NCBI RefSeq assembly: GCF_001194135.2
Contig: NC_068986.1
Coordinates: 51,653,906-51,713,755 of the forward strand
Source of the DNA: Octopus bimaculoides
Lineage: Eukaryota
Length of the DNA: 59,850 nt
Reading direction: 5' to 3'
Position numbers and translations under genes: made by a program. Shown here in pieces: positions 51,459-59,850 of this stretch. The notes beneath the pieces were generated by a model that worked only from the letters and a program-made list of their open reading frames with translations, searched no databases and was not told the origin of the DNA. The first letter of the stretch is position 1. Each line of letters opens with the position of its first letter.

Positions 51459-51484
51459 CTGCTTAAACTGTCTAGATGAGCAAA
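51459..51484 (-). other. Candidate 26-nt microexon
   Basis: TTTGCCTTTTTGCTCTAG|TTTGCTCATCTAGACAGTTTAAGCAG|GTTATG. Confidence 0.25.
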
Positions 51485-52130
51485 CTAGAGCAAAAAGGCA
51501 AATATTTGTTTGGCTTTCGAAACAAAATCACCAGCCTGGTTATGTTCAATCAAATTATGTAATAAAAATAAAATGGTATAAAAAATAATTAAACTGTTTC
51601 TTCCTTCTTTTGAAAAAAAAAAGAGAAAAATGAAAACTGCCTTAGAAAGTCTTTTGTTCATTCACTTTACAGGAAGAACAGTGGCATTGAATGTATGTAC
51701 GTATTTGGCAAGTTACAACAAGTTGAATGGAAGAGGTACAAAAACATAAAAGATGAAAGAAATAGAAGACGAAATATAATATTTAGCCAGAGGGAGAGGA
51801 AGAGAGAGAGAGAGGGAGGGAGTTTAAAAATCATAAAATTGTTTGCAGAGCATAAAATAAGTACATTTTAATTACCATACACATATATGCACAACACAAT
51901 GCACACACACACACTAATATATTCATCAAAACACCAACACCTAAACACACACACAAACACACACACAGAAAATGAGAGTGTATTTATGGATGTGTGTCTG
52001 CGTAAATCTTGGACCATTCAAAAGATATAACAACAGTATGAAGAGTTATGTAAAGGTTAAGCCGTAAAAATTCAATTAAGCAATGACAGTAGGAGGTAGA
52101 AAAAAATGACATGTAAATATTCTCTATATA

Positions 52131-52480
52131 GGCGTGCCTGTGTAATTAAGAAGCTTGCTTCCCAAACATATAGTGCTGAGTTCAGTCCCACTGCATGGCA
52201 CCTTGGGCAACTGAAGCCTTGTGAATGAATTTGGAAGATAGAAACTGAAAGAATCCTGATGTATAATATATGTATGTATCTATGTATGTGTTTGTATTTG
52301 TTCTTTACCACCAGCTGGTGTTGGTTTGTTTATGCCCCTGTAATTTAGCAGTTCAGTAAAAGAGGTCAATAAAGTAAGTACCAGGCTTGAAAAATATGTA
52401 CTGGAGTTCATTTGTTTGACTAAACTCTTCAAAGGAATTCCCCAGTATAGCTGCAGTACAATAGCTTAATCAAGTAAAAA
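52131..52480 (+). mobile_element. Family B SINE
   Basis: Head, short microsatellite, tail. Confidence 0.85.
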
Positions 52481-52560
52481 GATAAAAAGATATACAAATA
52501 TATATATTCATAAAACTGTAAAGGTGTGCATTTCTTCATTTACTAGACCACATACCTTCA

Positions 52561-52778
52561 CCAGTACCACCGGACTGGCACTCGTGCTGGTGGCACGTAA
52601 AAAGCACCCACTACACTCTCGGAGTGGTTGGCATTAGGAAGGGCATCGAGCTGTAGAAACTCTGCCAGATCAGATTGGAGTGTGGTGTAGCCATCTGGTT
52701 CACCATTCCCCAGTCAAATTGTCCAACCCATGCTAGCATGGAAAGCGGACGTTAAATGATGATGATGATGATGATGAT
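52561..52778 (+). mobile_element. Family A retroposon, one array unit, young
   Basis: High similarity to 1-315 and 59542-59833; (GAT)n tail. Confidence 0.9.
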
Positions 52779-52789
52779 ATATATATAAG

Positions 52790-53078
52790 GTAAGGAACCC
52801 CTTCAGTCAAGGCACAAGTCAGGGCAAAGTTGTTTATGGAAGACCAACTATTGCCCATGCACACCAGCCTTCCCTCTCCATGCTGCCGATGTTATTCAAG
52901 GGAAAGGTAAAGGCCGATACAGCTTGGTACCAGTGATGTCACAACTCATTTTCACAGCTGAATTAACTGGAGCAACATGAAATAAAGTGTCTTGCTTAAG
53001 AACAGAACACACAGGAATCGAACTCACTACCTCATGATTGTGAGTCTGACGCTCTAAGCACTAAGTCATGCACCTTAT
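52790..53078 (-). mobile_element. Family G SINE with a distinct tail
   Basis: CAACTCATTTTCACAGCTG..ACTGGAGCAACATGAAATAAAGTGTCTTGC..GGAATCGAACTC. Confidence 0.8.
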
Positions 53079-53339
53079 AGTAAATATAAGGGCTTATAAT
53101 CCAAGCTGCATCCCCATGAAGTACATCTTCATGTTCACATTAATCCAATGTATGCATATGGATGTTTTAGTTTATGTGTGATATGCATAGCAATTGAAAT
53201 TTTTAGTAAATACAGTTTCCAGTGTCATTGTACATATCAAAACAGAAGGCTAGAAAAATATTACCAAATTTTTCCAGTTTTATTTTGATATATATATATT
53301 ATATTTTATATATATGTGGTGGTGGAGTTGTGTATCTAT

Positions 53340-53450
53340 TTATCTATCTATATCTCAACATCACCTTGGAGGATGCAGAAAGACTGGTAGGGGACCGCCA
53401 GCAATAGAAAGTACTGGTGGATCTGGTCAGCACTACGCATACTGACCCCT
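53340..53450 (+). mobile_element. LINE (RTE-like) extreme C-terminal fragment
   Basis: ITLEDAERLVGDRQQ*KVLVDLVS resembles the 'A.DR..WR..V' terminal motif. Confidence 0.5.
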
Positions 53451-53729
53451 TTGGGACCACTAACTTGGAATGACTCCAACCCCATCAAGCAAGAGTGTGA
53501 AACCAACTAACCCATCTATCTATCTGTATGTGTGTGTGTGTATTTGACCAGTTTTGTACACTCACAAATTGCACACAAATTCATTCACAAGGCATTAGGT
53601 GTGACCTGGGGTTGGGTGTGGGGGCTATAATAGAAAGCACTTGCATATATATATATGTGTGTGTGTGGGGTGTACACACCACCATCACATGCATATGCAC
53701 TAAGCCAATGAGAGCCTCAATCTCTGCCT

Positions 53730-53990
53730 GGTTGCTCAACCTGATAGAAACAGTAGCCAAATCTCACACAAATTATACTGTACCACCTTAATAAAGGACA
53801 CCCAACAAGGTTTTTCTTTTTTTTTCCAAGATGGTGACATGTAATTTGAGGATAACGTGGTCTTGAGTTCTCTGAATATAGGAAAAAAAAACAAAACAAA
53901 TGGAATGGCCACACCTGGAATGCTTTTTATTTTTAGTAAGCTCAATAATCAGAGAGCTGAGGTGGGACTAAACAACAGCTACAACCACAC
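53730..53990 (+). mobile_element. Family H repeat
   Basis: GATAGAAACAGTAGCCAAATCTC..AGAGCTGAGGTGGGACTAAACAAC. Confidence 0.75.
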
Positions 53991-54143
53991 AGATGTGTTA
54001 CACACACACACACACACACACACATCACATAAGTTTTATAGTGAAAAAGAGCTGGGGGATGAGGGAAATGATGGAAAAGAACTGGAAAAGTACAAAATAC
54101 AAAGAACACACACATCTATCTATCTATCTATCTATCTATCTCT

Positions 54144-54272
54144 NNNNNNNNNNNNNNNNNNNNNNNNNNNNNNNNNNNNNNNNNNNNNNNNNNNNNNNNN
54201 NNNNNNNNNNNNNNNNNNNNNNNNNNNNNNNNNNNNNNNNNNNNNNNNNNNNNNNNNNNNNNNNNNNNNNNN
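54144..54272. other. Assembly gap (N) between (ATCT)n and (TA)n
   Basis: N run. Confidence 1.
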
Positions 54273-54307
<35 letters not shown>

Positions 54308-54789
54308 TACACACATATATAAGAGAGTGAGGTAGGAGAGGGTATACATATATAGAAACAAAAGTAAGAGAGTCTGGGATTGTCTGATGAGTAATTCAAG
54401 CATCCTAGGAGAAGTTGTGTCAGGTGTTGGCAGTTACATCAAAACTAATAGCACAACATAACCTAATCTGTTATGCCCTAAACTAGGCACACAGCACTCT
54501 ACTTGAATGGAGCCAGACTGCCTAGAGGTTAGGTAGGTATGTTAAGTAGGAAGGTAAGGTAAGAGGAATGGAAAATGGAGATAAAAATTATGTTTTCTCT
54601 CTCCCCAATCCTACCCTGCCCTACTCACACCACAACAATCCTCCCCTTCAAAGAACTGACACTTTCATTCATAGTCACAATCACAAATCAGTTGGTAGAG
54701 GTAAGAGGGGTGTTGACCATCTACCTCTCACCCCACTCTGTCTAGCTTTGTTTTCCAGTTAAAGATTTCTTCTACCAAGGGAGTCTGTA

Positions 54790-54987
54790 AGTGTGCTTGC
54801 TGACGATAATGCAAATAGCAGCCAAATCTCCCACAAATCATGCCATGTTCTTCTGTCTTAGAGAAAAACCCTAAAAAAATGTTGGGAAAATGTAATTTTA
54901 GCTAGAAGTACTCTGCCTGATATAAAAGAATGGCTGTTAGTGGAATATCTTTGACGATAATTCAGCTTCATCAGGGCTGCCTTGGGT
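54790..54987 (+). mobile_element. Family H repeat
   Basis: AATAGCAGCCAAATCTCCCACAAATCA..CAGGGCTGCCTTGGG. Confidence 0.75.
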
Positions 54988-54991
54988 TTAA

Positions 54992-55213
54992 TTCTTTTGT
55001 TACCAAATTTCTGTTGAGATGCTCTGTGTTTCTTTCAATTAATCTTAAATAAAACAAAGAATTTAGCAAAATAACTTAGTTATCATTAAGCTAGTGTTAA
55101 GAACATAAATTATGACTAAGGTTTGGTGGAAGATCTTAATTCAGAACTTTTGAAAACAAGACATTTGTACTTCAGAGCCAGAGGCGGTTTCAGCCTGGCT
55201 GGTATCAAAAGGG
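54992..55213. mobile_element. piggyBac-type MITE (TTAA-flanked)
   Basis: TTAA|TTCTTTTGTTACC..GGTATCAAAAGGG|TTAA. Confidence 0.8.
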
Positions 55214-55319
55214 TTAAACAACAAAAACAGGAGCTTCAGTATCAGGCATGAGCAACTTTTTTTTTCAAGAAGCAGACTGCATGAGACATGGATCACCATC
55301 AGGCAAGCCATACTACTTA

Positions 55320-55533
55320 NNNNNNNNNNNNNNNNNNNNNNNNNNNNNNNNNNNNNNNNNNNNNNNNNNNNNNNNNNNNNNNNNNNNNNNNNNNNNNNNN
55401 NNNNNNNNNNNNNNNNNNNNNNNNNNNNNNNNNNNNNNNNNNNNNNNNNNNNNNNNNNNNNNNNNNNNNNNNNNNNNNNNNNNNNNNNNNNNNNNNNNNN
55501 NNNNNNNNNNNNNNNNNNNNNNNNNNNNNNNNN
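55320..55533. other. Assembly gap (N)
   Basis: N run. Confidence 1.
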
Positions 55534-55699
55534 TTCAAGCAATCTGGTAGTACTCACAATGCAGGCATGTAAGTATTTTTTTTATTATCAAATATAATAT
55601 GAATTATTTACATGTATTTTAGTTACAGAACGGTTTGTTGTGATATTAGAATTTTCTTATTGCTAAATAAAATTTCATCAAACTATTTCTGTCATTTAT

Positions 55700-55758
<59 letters not shown>

Positions 55759-55769
55759 AATGCTTGAAT

Positions 55770-56545
55770 ACAAAACAATCTCTACAAAAAACAGCAATCA
55801 GAAGAACAAGTAAAGGGCTACAGGAAATCAATAGGTAGAAGAAACGATAATCCAACATGTACATGGTGTCATTGGAAGAGCTAGAGCAGGGCTACTGCAA
55901 ACAAGTTGAACAAGAACAAAAACAAACTAATGATATAATATTGCAAACAGGATATTGGTTCAAGAATATCAACTTTTACTAGGAATATTTGATAACACCA
56001 TATGGAAAGAGCATCAAGGAGAATTTATATGTGCTAAAATGGCTACCAACTGCTATTACTTTTTTAATTCCGCAAAGATGGACTCACTAATCTTGCTAAA
56101 AATTGTCAGCCAATAGCCTGTCAGAACATCTTGCACAGGATGTATACAAGTGCAGCAACCTGTTCTTACAGAACCATTGTGTCATTAATATTATAACCTC
56201 TGAGCAAACTGAGAGAAAGAAGAAAATAGGCTGTGTAGAATAACTGCTTATCAAAAAAAAAAAAAAAAAAAAGACACACCCAGAACGAAGACCTACAAGA
56301 ATTTGGTTGTAGCGTCACTGAATTACTAGAAAACTTTTAATGGAGAAACCCTCTGGGTGGGTTATCAAAGTTTCACAACCACTAGTAGCTGCAAGTGAAC
56401 ACTTAAGCCAGACTTGATACACCTGTTTACTTAGAGGTGACAACAAACAAATCCATTCTGACATCATATGTCTCCAATCAAGCATCATGGTAGTGTAATA
56501 TCTTGTCAGTGTTGCTCTTTGTTCTCTTATCAAACCCATTATTAT
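55770..56545 (+). mobile_element. R4/Dong-like non-LTR retrotransposon RT fragment, decayed
   Basis: LEELEQGYCKQV, GYWFKNINFY, KWLPTAITFLIP, NCQPIACQNILHRMYTS, LQNHC..NIITSEQ, VLLFVLLSNPL, in RT order with frameshifts. Confidence 0.75.
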
Positions 56546-56611
56546 ACTTTAAAGATGCCTCATCATTGTCATTGTTTCAATGTCTACTTTCCATGTTTGT
56601 ATGGTTCGGAT

Positions 56612-56925
56612 GAACTTTGTTACGGTAGATGCCCTTTCCGTCACCAACCTTAACCTGTTTCCAAGCAAAGTAACATTTCCTCATGACCAGACATATTTTG
56701 ATGGAAGAGTTGAAATGAAAGGCACTACTTTCATGACAGTAACATTCATTTACAACCATCATGCAATGTCAAAGCAAAGAGACAGTAACACATGCCCACA
56801 TGCATACATATACACACACACTAACACATACATAACAGGCTTCTTACTGTCACTGTCTACCAAATCCAGAACTAAAACCATGTGGCTGGGAAGTAAGCTT
56901 TTTAACACACAGCCACACTTGCACA
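56612..56925 (-). mobile_element. Composite SINE (B head + microsatellite + A2 body)
   Basis: Same architecture as 35730-36092. Confidence 0.8.
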
Positions 56926-57344
56926 CATCTCTTTTTTTGTTTTAATGTATTTTCTGCACCATCTTGCCGCTAACCAGGAGCTTGATGAAATATACTCTAA
57001 AATTCCAATCACGAAGAGACAATATACAAACACAGTTACGTATATACAAATAAATATATCATTTATTTTGTTCCCAGTTTCTATGCTGGTATAGGTTGGA
57101 TAGGCCATCAATGGTCTCAACCAATTCTTATTCAGAGTTACTGCTTTCCTAGGTATGGTTGGGAAATCACATCTCATTTGTATGTTTCGTACTGGTATGA
57201 TTTCTATGGCAATATGCCCTTCCTAACAACAACCATTTTACATAGTCTTCTGGGTGTATTTTATCACGACACTAGCACTAGAGAAGTTGTCATATACTCA
57301 ACAAGACAAATACTGAAGGTCCTCTCAAATTTACAATGTCGCCA

Positions 57345-57510
57345 CTTATTTGCCAATCACGTCCCCATAACTTAGCAGTTTGGCAAAAAGAGACCGATAG
57401 AATAAGTACTAGGCTTACAAAGAATAAGTCCTGGCAGTCGATTTGTTCGACTAAAAGTGGTGCTCCAAAATGGCCGCAGTCAATTCACTGAAGCAAGTAA
57501 AAGAATAAAA
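57345..57510 (+). mobile_element. Family B tail only (5'-truncated)
   Basis: GTCCCCATAACTTAGCAGTTTGGC..AAGTAAAAGAATAAAA. Confidence 0.85.
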
Positions 57511-57614
57511 GGGATCCATAGATGAAAAATGGTTGAAAACTCCTGATATAGACACATATCTAGATGATACTAACAGATTTATACACAAATACAGACACAG
57601 GAACAACTAATACT

Positions 57615-57825
57615 CGTTTCTTCTAAAAGACACAAGGCTTAGAATTCGGAGCAGTGAGGGGGTAGTCAAATACATTGGCCCTAACGCTCAACCAGGACTT
57701 GTTTTATCAATCTCGAAAGGATGAACAGCAGAATTAACCTCAGCTGCATTTGAACTCAGAAAGTAATGTAGGAAGAAATATAGCTAAACACATGCTGACA
57801 TTTCTGCCAGCTCACTGCTTTATCA
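57615..57825 (-). mobile_element. Family C SINE
   Basis: GAAAGGATGAACAGCAGAATTAACCTC..TTTGAACTCAGAA..TGCCAGCTCACTGC. Confidence 0.75.
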
Positions 57826-58099
57826 GATACAAATACATACACAGTTGCATATGTATACACAAGATAAATATTCAAATATTTATGTATACATACACATTCA
57901 TTTGTCCATCTATCATGCTTGTAAATATATTCTTATATCTATTCTTATACCACTTATGTTACAATGTTAGAGTAGATATACCAGGATTATTATTTCTTGG
58001 GTAAATTTTGTTTGCTTTTATTTCTTATTTGTGTGTTTTGTGTTTTGCTTCAATATTTTCCTTACAATTCATTTACGTGTTGACAAGGAAATGCAATTT

Positions 58100-58693
58100 G
58101 AAAGGAAAAGAGAAGAAAAAAAAAACAGACCTGTGGGTTGGGGTGGGTGACATTTTGGAAGAAAAAGAGAGAAAAATTAGAATCAAACGGAAAATATGAA
58201 AAATGAAAACAAAAACAAGAGAAAACAAAAGGAAGAGTTAACAAACAAGAAAGAGAGAGCACAATGGAAATTAAATAGAGAGAGAGAGAGAGAGAGAGAA
58301 AGGAGGTAGAGAAAGAGGAAGACATGTAGAAGGTGAAAGAGAGAGGGAGAGAGGCAGAGAAGGAGAAAGACTAAAAGAGGAAGAAAGAGAGCTTAAGGTA
58401 GCCGGTGGTGAGGGTAAAAGTGAGAGAGTAAATATAGCAAGAGAAAGATAGAGAGTGGGATGGGTTCAAGAACAAACAGATGTGAAGAACTCAGAAATCA
58501 AAGATACTGAGAGAAAGCAGGAGAGGCAGGGGGAGGGGGGGGCAAAGAAAGAAATAAGGAAGGTATAGGAGGAAAGTGATCTTAGTACCTAAACCATGGC
58601 AATCAATATTACTACTACTAGTGGTGGTGGTAAGAAGGCCTGCTTCCATTACAGCCACAGAAATAGTACTTAGAACATGACAATCACAACCAT

Positions 58694-58743
<50 letters not shown>

Positions 58744-59240
58744 TCATTGCTGCTGCTGCTGTTGTTAGAAGTAGTTTTAGCAGTAATAGTAATAGGTGAG
58801 AGGGCTTGGCAAATGTTGAAGGAATTTCTGCAGGTGGAACTTAAGTAGCCAATAGTCTGTGTGAAAATAACAATTGTTGGCAGGGGAGATTACATATGGT
58901 AGGAGAGAATGGGTGAGGTGGTGAGGGAAGTGAGGGGGATTGGTGACAGAGGCACAGATACACAGACAAAATACCATGGAATATGAGTGATGGTGGTGGT
59001 GGTGGTGCTTAGAGAGCTGAAGTGTGGGAGGTAGGGAGATATGTAAATATGAGTAGAGAGAGAGAGAGAATGAACTGAAGGAGTGAAAGAGACGACTGTG
59101 GAAGTGAGTAGGGTGGGGGAAGAGAAACCAAAAAAGAACATGCAACAGTGAAAGAGAAAGTAGAAAAAAAGTACATATACACCAAAATATCAGGCTGATT
59201 ATATATGCATGTACACGAGGGAGAGAGGGAGGAAAAGAGT
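58100..59240 (+). repeat. Low-complexity zone: GA-rich tracts, (CTA)n 58694-58740, (GGT)n
   Basis: Direct inspection. Confidence 0.85.
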
Positions 59241-59541
59241 GTGATTGTGTGTGAGCTTGTGTATGTGTATGCGTGCATGTATGTTCACATGTTTATATCA
59301 GTGGATATCTTGTGTTTCAGTGTGTGTGTATGTGTGTGTATAGGGAAACTCCACAGTATTTGCTTGCTGATATGACTGAAGAAGTTACATTACTTGCTTG
59401 TTTCAGAATTTTTAACAGCTCTACTGAGTATTTTGTCTACTAATTGTATGAATAATTCTTTCCAGATTGAAGTTTTTCAACCTGCTACATTACAAGTTTA
59501 TGAGACCCTGTCATATTTGCATTTAGTACACCAGACAAGTT

Positions 59542-59833
59542 TATCGTTGCCAGTGCCCCTGGACTGGCTCTTGTGCGGGTGGCACATAAAATACACCATT
59601 TTGAGCGTGGCCGTTGCCAGTACCGCCTGACTGGCCTTCGTGCCGGTGGCACATAAAAGCACCCACTACACTCTCGGAGTGGTTGGCGTTAGGAAGGGCA
59701 TCCAACTGTAGAAACTCTGCCAAATCAGACTGGAGCCTGGTGTAGCCATCGGGTTTCACCAGTCCTCAGTCAAATCGTCCAACCCATGCTAGCATGGAAA
59801 GCGGACGTTAAACGATGATGATGATGATGATGA
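59542..59833 (+). mobile_element. Family A retroposon, two array units, young
   Basis: CpG-rich, near-identical to 1-315; (GAT)n tail. Confidence 0.9.
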
Positions 59834-59850
59834 TTTCACCTCAACTCTTT

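Noticed and set aside
51673-51692. Plus-strand 20-nt microexon-like pattern (TTTACAG|..|GTATGT)
   Set aside because: Similar quality on the opposite strand shows that such patterns arise by chance; this is why all microexon calls are kept at low confidence.
54382-54420. CTGATGAG hammerhead or C-box start (also 5268, 45379, and minus-strand 7417)
   Set aside because: No stem II plus GAAA, and no D box at a suitable distance.

Overview
AT-rich eukaryotic genomic DNA from a gapped draft assembly (four N runs). The repeat vocabulary looks like an octopus (coleoid cephalopod) genome. This attribution comes from my recollection of these repeats, not from a search. I found no protein-coding gene I can support. 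The supplied ORFs come from microsatellites, N gaps, SINEs or decayed LINE pieces. The window contains dozens of copies of a few short-retroposon families, labelled A, B, C, G and H here (my labels). It also contains decayed LINE ORF fragments (RTE, R4/Dong-like, CR1/L2-like), mariner-, hAT- and piggyBac-type MITEs, and many microsatellites. By eye, the + strand is A/purine-rich, which would fit a very long intron of a minus-strand transcript. Several minus-strand exon and microexon candidates exist but are unproven. The most notable observations are: (1) a retroposon carrying variable-copy tandem hairpin arrays with conserved stems and variable loops; (2) SINEs built from swappable heads and tails joined at an internal microsatellite; (3) a tail-to-tail SINE pair forming a roughly 220-bp hairpin; (4) an 18-bp perfect long-range inverted repeat; (5) a mariner MITE with an atypical 14-bp flanking duplication. 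Element boundaries are by-eye estimates, usually within 10-30 nt.
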